From the IMG/VR virus record IMGVR_UViG_3300022885_000003, positions 32,001 to 96,000 of that record: a stretch of 64,000 bases of DNA. One strand, written 5' to 3'. The DNA is from a virus. A program made the position numbers and the translations under genes. This document shows, piece after piece, positions 8,401-17,851 of this stretch (position 1 is the stretch's first letter; each line of letters begins with the position of its first letter). The notes below the pieces were generated by a model. That model saw nothing but the letters and a program-made list of their open reading frames with translations, ran no database searches and was not told where the DNA came from.

Positions 8401-10335
8401 TTATTGCGTCTTTTGAACCCTATGGTACCAATCAACTAAAATACGTGTCTGGCGCTCGGTGTAGCCCTTTTCACCCATGCGCTTGACAAAATCGTTATGC
8501 TTCTTCTGATCATCTTCTGACCTCTTAGCTGTGAAGCTAATAACTGGTAGAATCTCTTCAGTGTTAGCAAACATCTTTTCCTCAATAACGACGCGAAGCT
8601 TCTCGTAAGAAGTCCATTTTGGATTTTCGCCTTCGTGTTTGGAACGGTGACGTAGAGCAAAATTGACAACCTCATTACGGAAATCCTTAGGATTCGCAAT
8701 GCCCGCAGGCTTTTCAATCTTCTCTAGTTCATCATTTAATGCTTCACGATTAAACATTTCCCCGGTGTCTTCGTCCTTGTAGTCTTTATCCTCAACCCAA
8801 TGATCAGCATAATCAATATACCGGTCGAATAGATTCTGTCCATATTCGGAATATGACTCCAAGTATGCAACCTGCAACTCTTTTCCGATATGTTCTGCAA
8901 ATTTTGGCTTAATGTATTCATTAAGGAAAGTGAGGTACTTTTCTTCTCGCTCCTTACCCATCTGTTCTTTGATAATGGCTTCTTCTAGGACACGAAGTAG
9001 ATGAACTGGATTAGCACCAACCTCTTCTGGGTCATAGTTGAATACCTTTGAAAGAACTTTATAAGCAAAACGAGTACTTAGGCCGTGCATACCTTCATCA
9101 ACACCCGCATAGTCCTTATATTCATGCAAGCTTTTTGCACTTGGATCGTCGTCTTTGAGGTTTACACCATCATAAATACGCATCTTTGACCAAATGTTTG
9201 AGTTTTCTGGGTCAACGAGACGACTTAACACTGCAACCTGGGCCATCATTTCAAATGTTTGTGGAGTACATGGCGCCGCCGATAGACTTGATCCTGCAAC
9301 CAACTTCCTATAAATGTCAATTTCTTCTGTGACACGTAAGCAATATGGTACCTTAACAATGTAAATTCTGTCTAGGAATGCTTCATTGTTCTTGTTACCA
9401 CGGAATGTTGACCATTCGCTTTCGTTGGAGTGGGCTAGAATACCACCATTGAATGGTATTGCACCAATATTTTCTGTACCCACATAGTTTCCTTCCTGCG
9501 TAGCAGTTAGTAATGGGTGAAGAACCTTAATTGGCGCCTTGAACATTTCAACGAATTCCATAATACCCTGGTTGGCACGACATAGTGAACCATCCCATGA
9601 ATAACAATCTGGATCGTTTTGGCTATGATCACGTAGCTTACGAATGTCGACCTTACCAACTAGTGCCGAAATATCCTGGTTATTTTCATCGCCTGGTTCT
9701 GTCTTTGCAATAGCAACCTGGTTCAAACGGTTTGGTTTTACTCGAACAACACTAAACTGTTCAATATCACCATCAAATTCCTTTAGACGCTTTGATGCCC
9801 ATGGGCTCATTACCATATTTAGATAACGACGGGGAATTTTATATTCCTTTTCAAGGTCATCTGCATATTCATCTACGTCGAATAATCCAAGTGGTGATTC
9901 AAAACATGGGCTAATGTCATCGCCTGCTTTAAGAACGTAAATTGGATATTGTTCCATCAACTTCTTCAAATGCTCAGCGAGACTGGATTTACCACCACCA
10001 ACTGGTCCTAGAAGGTACAATACCTGTTTCTTTTCTTCCAAGCCCTGTGCAGAATGCTTATAATAACCAACAATCTGCTCAATTGTATCTTCCATACCAT
10101 AAAAGCCTTCAAATGACTTATATCGTTTGATTGTTCGGTTTGAGAAAATACGGCTAAGTCGATTATCAGATGACGTATCAACATATTCTGGTTCACCAAT
10201 TGCTGCCAACATGCGTTCAGCAGATGTAGCATATGTTGTTGGATCTTTTTTACAAAGAGCCAAATATTCACCTATTGACAATTCTTCGGCCGCGTTATTA
10301 TCATGATGTGATTTGTATTTTTTGAATATACTCAT
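8401..10335 (-). CDS. prkA: PrkA/YeaG AAA+ ATPase (annotated serine protein kinase)
   Basis: GPVGGGKSS Walker A, EPGDENNQDIS, RANQGIMEFVEMFK, NPKDFRNEVV; 644 aa. Confidence 0.95.
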   Translation of the reverse strand: MSIFKKYKSHHDNNAAEELSIGEYLALCKKDPTTYATSAERMLAAIGEPEYVDTSSDNRLSRIFSNRTIKRYKSFEGFYGMEDTIEQIVGYYKHSAQGLEEKKQVLYLLGPVGGGKSSLAEHLKKLMEQYPIYVLKAGDDISPCFESPLGLFDVDEYADDLEKEYKIPRRYLNMVMSPWASKRLKEFDGDIEQFSVVRVKPNRLNQVAIAKTEPGDENNQDISALVGKVDIRKLRDHSQNDPDCYSWDGSLCRANQGIMEFVEMFKAPIKVLHPLLTATQEGNYVGTENIGAIPFNGGILAHSNESEWSTFRGNKNNEAFLDRIYIVKVPYCLRVTEEIDIYRKLVAGSSLSAAPCTPQTFEMMAQVAVLSRLVDPENSNIWSKMRIYDGVNLKDDDPSAKSLHEYKDYAGVDEGMHGLSTRFAYKVLSKVFNYDPEEVGANPVHLLRVLEEAIIKEQMGKEREEKYLTFLNEYIKPKFAEHIGKELQVAYLESYSEYGQNLFDRYIDYADHWVEDKDYKDEDTGEMFNREALNDELEKIEKPAGIANPKDFRNEVVNFALRHRSKHEGENPKWTSYEKLRVVIEEKMFANTEEILPVISFTAKRSEDDQKKHNDFVKRMGEKGYTERQTRILVDWYHRVQKTQ

Positions 10336-10493
10336 TTTTGTTCCTTTGCGGGTTTCTTATTGACTAACTAATTAACTTGTATGTTTATATTTATACTGCA
10401 AATTTTGGTAAACCGCCCAAAACCCACGGAAATATATTATTTTTTTAAAATTTTAAGGTTGATAATGTGTTAATTGTATAATATAATGCATGT

Positions 10494-10952
10494 ATGATAG
10501 AAAAACACCTTTTGTTATCAAGCATGAATCACAAAGATCGACGGTTTATGAAGTTTATAGACAATGAAGCTCGCAACGTTGAGCCGATGTTTAGAACTCG
10601 ACTAACTGCTTTGGTGGTGATAAAGAATCAAATAATCAGTGTTGGTTATAATCAAGAAAAAACCGACCCATTTGTTCTCGATTACCAAAAACATGAACAG
10701 ATGGAGTTTTTGCACGCAGAAACGCACGCTATCAAGAAAGCGTTAAGGGTTTTGAAAGATGAAAAGGATCTCCGAAAATCTACACTATATGTTTGTCGTA
10801 TTAAATGCAACCATGATAACCATGATCAATTAGTTCGGGGATTGGCTAAACCATGTACGGGTTGTCAAATGGCTATTGATAATTATGGGATTCGCCGTGT
10901 TGTGTATACTATGAATGACACATATAATTGTGGTGAAATGTTGAGAGCATAA
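10494..10952 (+). CDS. cytidine/dCMP deaminase-like Zn-dependent deaminase
   Basis: LHAE...KPCTGC zinc motif, SVGYN. Confidence 0.85.
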   Translation: MIEKHLLLSSMNHKDRRFMKFIDNEARNVEPMFRTRLTALVVIKNQIISVGYNQEKTDPFVLDYQKHEQMEFLHAETHAIKKALRVLKDEKDLRKSTLYVCRIKCNHDNHDQLVRGLAKPCTGCQMAIDNYGIRRVVYTMNDTYNCGEMLRA

Positions 10953-11497
10953 TGTCTGGACAAGTTATGAGTGGATCAAATATAGAACTAGTTGAAAATT
11001 CGTTAATGCATGAATTAATACAAGAATTACGAAAAAATACCAGTGTTATCCCTAAAGAACAAAGGTGGTCTATCCCACGAAACGAATTCAGTGTTTTCAA
11101 AGATGGCAACTTTGTTATAAATCCAAACAATAAAGAAGAAGTTAAGGGGTATTTTCAAAATTCAGAGGGTATTTTTGTCCCCGATCATGATTGGGATTAT
11201 CCCTTAATAATCAAACCAGCTGATACTGTTAGTAGAATTTTATCAACATATAAGATTGTTTTAATATCTCATGAGTGCAATCGTTGGTTCCTTAATCGAC
11301 AGATAGGAATATACCAGAGACGTATTGAATGGAGTTACCCATTTCAAGTAACTCTCCAAGAATGCCCGATTGAAGTATATAAATGGTGTGATGAAAACTG
11401 CACAAAGGCATGGAACGGTCATCACCAGGACGACCCAATTATTTTTTCTTTTAACAATGAAGATGACGCAATATTATTCAAATTGACATGGGTATAA
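10952..11497 (+). CDS. FKLxW-family protein with extended N-terminus
   Basis: KWCDENC..W...FSFNNEDDAILFKLTW. Confidence 0.75.
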   Translation: MSGQVMSGSNIELVENSLMHELIQELRKNTSVIPKEQRWSIPRNEFSVFKDGNFVINPNNKEEVKGYFQNSEGIFVPDHDWDYPLIIKPADTVSRILSTYKIVLISHECNRWFLNRQIGIYQRRIEWSYPFQVTLQECPIEVYKWCDENCTKAWNGHHQDDPIIFSFNNEDDAILFKLTWV

Positions 11498-11550
11498 GAG
11501 TTGACTTTTCCTACAAAATGTTATAATATTTTAGTAACTGGAGAATAGTT

Positions 11551-11907
11551 ATGGAACGTGAAGAATTTGATAAGATTGTCGATGAATTTACCTGCCGGGG
11601 AGAGTTTGAACTTGAATGGTGTATTGGTGGACAAGAAGGCGGTAGTTGCTGGAATGATGGCGGCGATGACGAGTCAAGACATTATCCCGTTTCAGCTGAC
11701 CCTGAGCCCGAATTTTCTGATCTCGATTCGGCATTGCTCGAAATTGTACCAAACCTCAGTTTCTTGATGTATAAGAAGCTAATGTCGAAGGTTGATGTGA
11801 GTGAACGTACCAGCAATGATTATTACGACAACTACACGAGATATGCTGTTAAAAAAATAGCCGCCGATGAACTTTGGTTATTTCTTGTGGAGCATAACCT
11901 TGTATAA
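11551..11907 (+). CDS. hypothetical acidic phage protein
   Basis: Own early promoter (TTGACT..TATAAT, 11501-11527), GGAG RBS; WxxGGxxGGSCW motif. Confidence 0.7.
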   Translation: MEREEFDKIVDEFTCRGEFELEWCIGGQEGGSCWNDGGDDESRHYPVSADPEPEFSDLDSALLEIVPNLSFLMYKKLMSKVDVSERTSNDYYDNYTRYAVKKIAADELWLFLVEHNLV

Positions 11908-12280
11908 AATTACTTTAATTACGGGTCTTCCTGGATCAGGTAAGACGTTTCTTGCAACAAAAATGGCTATCGAGAACGACGCAATCGTCATTGACGACAT
12001 ACGTGAAACCGGAGAACTTCCGAAAACAAATTGCGATTGCAATATCGTCATCACTGACATCAATTTATGTGATAGTCGCATTTTGGATATGTGTATTGAT
12101 CAACTAACGATTCGTTATCCCATGCATGTTCTTAACGTAATCTATTTCGAAAACGATCCCGATGCTTGCCGAGCCAACGTCGTACGAAGGAATGATGGCC
12201 GGGACGTTGAAGGATCAATTCGACGGTTTACTGCGGTTTATAACCCACCAGTTGATGCCTTATCGGTATACAAGAGATAA
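11867..12280 (+). CDS. small P-loop NTPase/kinase (AAA_33-like)
   Basis: ITLITGLPGSGKT Walker A, IVIDD, CRANVVRR lid; true start probably near 11900. Confidence 0.8.
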   Translation: MNFGYFLWSITLYKITLITGLPGSGKTFLATKMAIENDAIVIDDIRETGELPKTNCDCNIVITDINLCDSRILDMCIDQLTIRYPMHVLNVIYFENDPDACRANVVRRNDGRDVEGSIRRFTAVYNPPVDALSVYKR

Positions 12281-12282
12281 TT

Positions 12283-13053
12283 ATGTCAAAAGACATTACA
12301 ACAATACCATTGATGGCACCCGTTATTGATTGCAGTAATTTAGTAATATATCCACGTAGACGAAAAAATAAAGATACACCATTTTGCCCGGATTCGGAAA
12401 AATTAATCAAAGTTGTACGAAGAATTAATTATGGTGTTAATTATGCCCGCGGCGGGAAACGAATTTACTTAAAATTCCTTCGAGGAAAATATCAGGGTTC
12501 GATTGTTTATATTTCAGATATAATTAAATATGATAACCGTAATGTTTCAAAATCATACATCAAATCGCCAAGATATTTCTTTTCATTAACAGTTCGTTAC
12601 GCATGGGATGATAAGAAAGGAAAGAAAGTAGAATTACTCAAAGGTATAAACACACCATTAGTTGAATGGTTAGTTAATTATGATGGTCCAACAGTATATA
12701 AGGAATTTGATACCAAATCCTCTGTGGATGAAATTTTAGCTAAAAATCCATTGTTTGACGTAAGAGGCAAACCAATTGAAATTGGTAATAAGGTTATGTT
12801 TATCAATTCGAGATTCAACAAAGCCGCTTCATTGGATTACGGTGTGATCAAAGAGATTAAGGTTAAAATAGATATCAATGATTTCCATGTTGATAGCGAT
12901 AAAAATGAAATAATTGTGATTATTGAAAGCGTAAGAACAGATAAAAATAACAAGCCATTTCTTTCCAATATTAAAGCATATTCGTCGATGATAATTTGTA
13001 TCGACGATACTGATTTAGTAAACGATATGTTAATGGCGAAATTGGAAGGATGA
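12283..13053 (+). CDS. hypothetical protein, tandem paralogue A
   Basis: Colinear similarity to 13061..13828 (IYxxFxxGxxxGSI, WDD, YxGPTV, KVxFINSR, LDYGV, DMLxAKL). Confidence 0.75.
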   Translation: MSKDITTIPLMAPVIDCSNLVIYPRRRKNKDTPFCPDSEKLIKVVRRINYGVNYARGGKRIYLKFLRGKYQGSIVYISDIIKYDNRNVSKSYIKSPRYFFSLTVRYAWDDKKGKKVELLKGINTPLVEWLVNYDGPTVYKEFDTKSSVDEILAKNPLFDVRGKPIEIGNKVMFINSRFNKAASLDYGVIKEIKVKIDINDFHVDSDKNEIIVIIESVRTDKNNKPFLSNIKAYSSMIICIDDTDLVNDMLMAKLEG

Positions 13054-13060
13054 TAATATA

Positions 13061-13828
13061 ATGGAAGAATTTGAAGGAACACAATTATTAAAGCCAGCAG
13101 ATCCCGGATCAAAATTTGTTTATCCCAGAAAAGACGGATCGGCATATTATCAACCCTGTGAAGATTTATCTAACACGATTAAACGAATCGTTGCGGATGT
13201 TGATTTGAAGAAGAAAATATATGTCCGATTTATTGCCGGTGAGCGTGAAGGATCAATCGCCTTCATTAAGAAAATACTTGACCATGGGTGCAGAAAGTCA
13301 ATGCGATCTGGTTTATTTTCAACTGATCGAGAAATCTGGCCAGAATATTCATTTACGCTTGATGCCCAACTCGGATGGGATGATAGGAAGAACGTTGCAA
13401 AGGTTAAATTCTTCGATCATTATGCATCCTATCAATTGGAATTATTATTAGATTATAATGGACCAACAGTTTGGAAGAATAGTGATCTAAAAAACGAAGC
13501 AGCAATAGCTCTAAAAAATGATCCCCCCGCTGATATGCGTGGAAGAATTATCAAAGAAAATGACAAAGTTGTTTTCATTAATTCTCGCTATGGTTCCGGT
13601 GCTGAATTAGATTATGGTGTTGTTAATGAAATCAAATCTAAAGCGTCATTTAATTACAAACGCGAATGTCAAATTGATATAACTGTTATTGTCCATAGTT
13701 TACAGCACACCGATCGAAGCGGTGATAATGACATGGTTTCAAAACTTAAACATCCTTCTCGATCCGTTTTAGTTGTTAACGATAACGATATCGTTGAAGA
13801 TATGCTATTGGCAAAGCTTGGCAATTAA
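13061..13828 (+). CDS. hypothetical protein, tandem paralogue B
   Basis: See paralogue A. Confidence 0.75.
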   Translation: MEEFEGTQLLKPADPGSKFVYPRKDGSAYYQPCEDLSNTIKRIVADVDLKKKIYVRFIAGEREGSIAFIKKILDHGCRKSMRSGLFSTDREIWPEYSFTLDAQLGWDDRKNVAKVKFFDHYASYQLELLLDYNGPTVWKNSDLKNEAAIALKNDPPADMRGRIIKENDKVVFINSRYGSGAELDYGVVNEIKSKASFNYKRECQIDITVIVHSLQHTDRSGDNDMVSKLKHPSRSVLVVNDNDIVEDMLLAKLGN

Positions 13829-13860
13829 TTAATTTAATTAAACAATTGTGGTGAGACAGA

Positions 13861-14721
13861 ATGACCAGATCATATCGCATTTATACGAAAGAGGGTGTTT
13901 TTCATTTAACTGCAATTGAATTCGATTGTTTTGACAAGAATAAATTCCATAGAGATGACGGCCCAGCTCTTATAGTTCCAGAAGGAACCAAGTATTGGTT
14001 TTTGCATGGAAAACGGCATCGAATTGATGGACCAGCGATTGAATATACGGATGGGACAAATGAGTGGTTTTTGCATGGAAAACGGCATCGAATTGATGGA
14101 CCAGCAATCGAATCATATGGCGACAAGTATTGGTATCTACATGGCTTACGTCATAGAACAGACGGACCAGCGATTGAATATACGGATGGGACAAATGAGT
14201 GGTATTTGAATGGAAAACAGCATCGAATTGATGGACCAGCGATTGAATATACGGATGGGACAAATGAGTGGTATTTGAATGGAAAACAGCATCGAATTGA
14301 TGGTCCAGCGATTGAATATACGGATGGGTCAAATGAGTGGTTGTTGCATGGAAAACGGCATCGAATTGATGGACCAGCGATTGAATATACGGATGGGTCA
14401 AATGAGTGGTATTTGAATGGAAAACAGCATCGAATTGATGGACCAGCGATTGAATATACGGATGGGTCAAATGAGTGGTTTTTGCATGGAAAACGGCATC
14501 GAATTGATGGACCAGCGATTGAATATACGGATGGAACTAAGGCATGGTATATAAATGGAAAACGGCATCGAATTGATGGACCAGCGATTGAATATACGGA
14601 TGGAACTAAGGCATGGTATATAAATGGGAATGATATACCTACGAGCTGGTTTAAAGAAAATGATATCGACCCATATAATACGACAAAACAGGATTTGGTT
14701 TTAATTAGATTGGTTTGGTGA
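13861..14721 (+). CDS. HRxDGPA beta-hairpin (MORN-like) repeat protein with FKLxW-like C-terminal helix
   Basis: 10 HRxDGPA motifs in 23-aa repeats; ends QDLVLIRLVW. Confidence 0.85.
   Translation: MTRSYRIYTKEGVFHLTAIEFDCFDKNKFHRDDGPALIVPEGTKYWFLHGKRHRIDGPAIEYTDGTNEWFLHGKRHRIDGPAIESYGDKYWYLHGLRHRTDGPAIEYTDGTNEWYLNGKQHRIDGPAIEYTDGTNEWYLNGKQHRIDGPAIEYTDGSNEWLLHGKRHRIDGPAIEYTDGSNEWYLNGKQHRIDGPAIEYTDGSNEWFLHGKRHRIDGPAIEYTDGTKAWYINGKRHRIDGPAIEYTDGTKAWYINGNDIPTSWFKENDIDPYNTTKQDLVLIRLVW
13996..14613 (+). repeat. coding tandem repeat, 9 units of 69 nt (one of 66 nt)
   Basis: Near-identical units TGG....CATCGAATTGATGGACCAGCGATTGAATATACGGATGG... Confidence 0.95.
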
Positions 14722-14747
14722 GACAGTTTATAATTATAATGGAAAGA

Positions 14748-14806
14748 TTGACAATCTCTAATTTAATGCTATAATTATGACATAAGTAAACAACAGGAGA
14801 TCGAAC
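14748..14806 (+). promoter_or_regulatory. early promoter plus conserved leader cassette
   Basis: TTGACA-N16-TATAAT (TGn extended -10), then TATGACATAAG..AAACAACAGGAGATCGAAC-ATG. Confidence 0.75.
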
Positions 14807-15043
14807 ATGAGTAACGATTATGTAAGTTTCGGTGATATTGCTCGAATTCGCCTCGGTCAACAGTGTCAGTATGCATCCCGGTATATCGATGGCGAGATTG
14901 AAGGCTATCCCAATCTCGGTGAAGGTCTTCGGTTTACGGGCTTTGACCACCTCGGCCGTATCAACAATTATCACGCTATGGAAATTCATAAGGATGATGT
15001 TGAAGAATTTGTTCGTCGTCACACTGAATATGTTAATCGATAA
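14807..15043 (+). CDS. hypothetical early protein
   Basis: 78 aa, strong promoter and GGAG RBS. Confidence 0.75.
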   Translation: MSNDYVSFGDIARIRLGQQCQYASRYIDGEIEGYPNLGEGLRFTGFDHLGRINNYHAMEIHKDDVEEFVRRHTEYVNR

Positions 15044-15045
15044 GG

Positions 15046-15102
15046 TTGACAATCTCCAATTTCATGCTATAATATAGCATGACAACGAAGAAGGAGATCG
15101 AA
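15046..15102 (+). promoter_or_regulatory. early promoter plus leader, near copy of 14748
   Basis: TTGACAATCTCCAATTTCATGCTATAAT ... AAGGAGATCGAA-ATG. Confidence 0.75.
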
Positions 15103-16341
15103 ATGACTGTAGAGAACGAAATCAACGAAATCTACAATATCCACGAAAACAACTGGGATTCGTTTAAGGACAAGGTCGAGAAGCTAAATCGCAAGATTAA
15201 GCGCCTGGGTCTGGATTTCGAAGAGTTCTCCATCATTGCCGATCCCGTTGGTTACGAATTTTTCGAGGACGAAAACAAGCCGGGACAAGGCCATAAGGTT
15301 TACGAAGTCCTCGTTGCTGGTAAGATCGTTCGGGTTGAAGGTTGGGAATTCGTTGCGCGTTTGCGGCATGATAAGGAAGCTGGTGTGATGGTTGATACCC
15401 AGCCCGGCAAAGAATGCCCTGTCCAGTATCGAGAAGCAGACCACCGCAATTGTGACCATTGTCACACGAAGCGTTATCGCAAGGATACGTTCGTTCTCCG
15501 TAACGTGGAGACGGATGAATACATGCAGGTTGGTCGTCAGTGTCTTCGGGACTTTTATGGTCACGACATCGACAAGATCGCGAAGCTGGCAGAGTTTTGG
15601 TTCGAATGTCACCGCGCGGCGCTTGAACCAGTAGACAACACACCACGTGACCCCAACTCCATCAACTTGGAAAGCTACCTTGCTTTTACCGTTCGAGCAA
15701 TCGCAGAATCGGGTTGGATTAGCCGTGGTACTGCTTATGGTATGGAGGATATCACCTCAACCGCAGACCAGGCATTGAATATTATGGCTTCGGCTTTTCG
15801 TTGGACTGGTTTGGGGTACGTGACGCCGGAGCCGGGACCGACAGTACAGGAAAGGGAAACGGTACGGGATGCAATTTCTTACTGGCTTGATATCGTTGAA
15901 AACAAGACGAACTTGAATGATTTTGAACACAACATTGGCATTATCGCCAAGAGCACGTATGTTAGTTACAAGGATGTGGGTAGAGCCGCCGCAATGATCA
16001 TGTCCTACCAGAAGGCAATGGATCGCTTGAAGGCTGCCGAACTCCGTAAGACCCTAGTCGGAAAGAGTGAGCATGTTGGCGCAGTGGGTGATGTCCTGGA
16101 GAATATGGAATTCACCGTTGAAATGCGCCGGATGGTTGAGGGTGCCTGGGGTTCATCGCCGATGACCAAGATGCGCGATAAGGACGGTAACACTTTTACG
16201 GTATTTGGTGGTAAGTGGACCACAGAAATTGAGGCAGGACAGAAGATTGTTATGAAGCGTGGACGCATTAAGAAGCACGATGAATTCCGTGATGAGAAGC
16301 AGACGGTTCTTACCCATGTGAAACAAGCAAACGAGGAGTAA
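15103..16341 (+). CDS. phage protein with Zn-binding CDHC motif and probable C-terminal OB fold
   Basis: CDHCHTKRYR...QVGRQCL; C-terminal SEHVGAVG...GRIKKHDEFRDEKQTVL; RBS favours ATG 15103. Confidence 0.7.
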   Translation: MTVENEINEIYNIHENNWDSFKDKVEKLNRKIKRLGLDFEEFSIIADPVGYEFFEDENKPGQGHKVYEVLVAGKIVRVEGWEFVARLRHDKEAGVMVDTQPGKECPVQYREADHRNCDHCHTKRYRKDTFVLRNVETDEYMQVGRQCLRDFYGHDIDKIAKLAEFWFECHRAALEPVDNTPRDPNSINLESYLAFTVRAIAESGWISRGTAYGMEDITSTADQALNIMASAFRWTGLGYVTPEPGPTVQERETVRDAISYWLDIVENKTNLNDFEHNIGIIAKSTYVSYKDVGRAAAMIMSYQKAMDRLKAAELRKTLVGKSEHVGAVGDVLENMEFTVEMRRMVEGAWGSSPMTKMRDKDGNTFTVFGGKWTTEIEAGQKIVMKRGRIKKHDEFRDEKQTVLTHVKQANEE

Positions 16342-16347
16342 TAAACA

Positions 16348-16575
16348 ATGGATGGAAAAATTTGTGCGGTTTATATGGAACAAATTGCGCCGGAGAAGAT
16401 TGGCATAGCGGCCAGCAAATGGGTTGTTTGGTGTCAGGATCTAATAGTCGCAACTGATGAAGTTGATGCTACGGTTGTTGACGGCGCACCCAAGGCAGCT
16501 CAAGTCTTGCAGAGCCTAATTGATATGCAAAAAGCTCGGGGATACCGTGTGTTTTTTTCATCAAAGGAGATGTAA
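16348..16575 (+). CDS. hypothetical (WGR-like) protein
   Basis: GAGGAG RBS; C-terminal LIDMQKARGY resembles the WGR end helix. Confidence 0.6.
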   Translation: MDGKICAVYMEQIAPEKIGIAASKWVVWCQDLIVATDEVDATVVDGAPKAAQVLQSLIDMQKARGYRVFFSSKEM

Positions 16576-16576
16576 A

Positions 16577-16933
16577 GTGTCATATACCCTCCAAAAGTTG
16601 TTATGGAACAACGAAGGAAAATCGGACAAGATCTGGGGATGGGTTGAAGCCGGAGACAATTGGTTCTGTTTTTGGGGAAAACGCCAGGTTGTAGATGTAG
16701 ATGGTCTAGTTGGCGGTAAGAGACCAAGCCTCCAGTTTAAGATGTACATCGGGAAAAAGGGTTTATCGGAATTGGAAAAACTTTCCCGGAACAAGCAAAA
16801 AAAGGGTTACACAAATCAGGATATAACTGATGTTGATGCTGTTGTGCCAGGATTTACGTCGTTTTTCGAGAACGCCCTAGTCACTGCCCGACTTATGGGT
16901 AAAGTACGGACAGATGACTGGGCTGATTGTTAA
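16577..16933 (+). CDS. WGR-domain protein
   Basis: GTG start after AAGGAG; SDKIWG...FWGKR...KQKKGY. Confidence 0.7.
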   Translation: MSYTLQKLLWNNEGKSDKIWGWVEAGDNWFCFWGKRQVVDVDGLVGGKRPSLQFKMYIGKKGLSELEKLSRNKQKKGYTNQDITDVDAVVPGFTSFFENALVTARLMGKVRTDDWADC

Positions 16934-16937
16934 TGTG

Positions 16938-17750
16938 TTATGATGTTGGGAATGCGGCTGTTGGAACTGAAAAACCGGAAGTATAACGAGCAACACCATT
17001 AGTGATTCTAAGATCGTCAATGAAACCATCAAAGTATAGAGATGATCCACTCTGTCCTCTAGCACCAACTTTTAATGGTGAAGAAGTATCAGCCATTGCT
17101 GTTGCACTAGTTGTTGAGTCGACCTGTACACCATCAATAAACATTCTAAAGTTGCTTCCATCGCGTGTGACTGCAAAATGGCTCCAAGTCTGGACTGGCA
17201 ATGGCCCACCAAATCCTAGATGATGCGTAAATTCGAATCCAGGAGGGGAGGTATCTAGTGAAACACCTAAGCCATCAGGACCAACATTAATCCAAAATGG
17301 TCCTGCGCCAGCGCCGCCGCCGTCACCTTTGTCAAGAATGGTAGAAAATTGCGTAGCGCCTGTATTCATATATGACCACCATTCAATTGTCCAATCATTT
17401 GATCCAAAGTTCAAATCTGCGGTATGAGCAAATTGCAAATACTGTGAACTGGCTTTTAAGAATTTACCAGATCCAGCCCCGAATTGTTTTTCAGTAGCAT
17501 CGATTGTTGGTGCATTCAATAGAGTTGGTGTTCTTGCTGAATTTGAAACATCGTTAAAGTCTGAATCCATTGGTAGCAATAATGTTACACTCGCAAAATC
17601 TGGATCCGTAGATCCGCCTGGATTAGCAATATGCCATGGGCCTGTTTCTGCTTCAAGTGAATATATGGATGAATCCCTGAAGCCTGCTCGATCAATGAAC
17701 GTAGTTCGTCCCGAGTTAATGTTAACTCTGTTATTTATTGATGTCCCCAT
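16938..17750 (-). CDS. LamG/concanavalin A-like lectin-domain virion protein
   Basis: DWTIEWW, WSHFAVTR, MFIDGV, FDGFIDDLRITNGVARYT; TAAATA upstream. Confidence 0.85.
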   Translation of the reverse strand: MGTSINNRVNINSGRTTFIDRAGFRDSSIYSLEAETGPWHIANPGGSTDPDFASVTLLLPMDSDFNDVSNSARTPTLLNAPTIDATEKQFGAGSGKFLKASSQYLQFAHTADLNFGSNDWTIEWWSYMNTGATQFSTILDKGDGGGAGAGPFWINVGPDGLGVSLDTSPPGFEFTHHLGFGGPLPVQTWSHFAVTRDGSNFRMFIDGVQVDSTTSATAMADTSSPLKVGARGQSGSSLYFDGFIDDLRITNGVARYTSGFSVPTAAFPTS

Positions 17751-17851
17751 AATGTGTATTCCTTTTAGTTAATGTGTCTTAAGATTGATGTGCTTATTAT
17801 TTATCCAAAATGGTTTATTATTTTTCATTGTTGATAATTGTTGTCTTATAA

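Noticed and set aside
3773-10335. Bacterial chromosome or prophage boundary at prkA-yeaH-spoVR
   Set aside because: Flanked on both sides by the phage-specific FKLxW genes, carries a phage late-promoter motif, and no integrase or att site is visible
13902-14470. Minus-strand and alternative-frame ORFs with repeats
   Set aside because: Shadows of the periodic + strand gene
13996-14613. CRISPR array or DGR variable region
   Set aside because: Units are contiguous in-frame 69-nt coding repeats with no unique spacers; no cas gene or reverse transcriptase in the window
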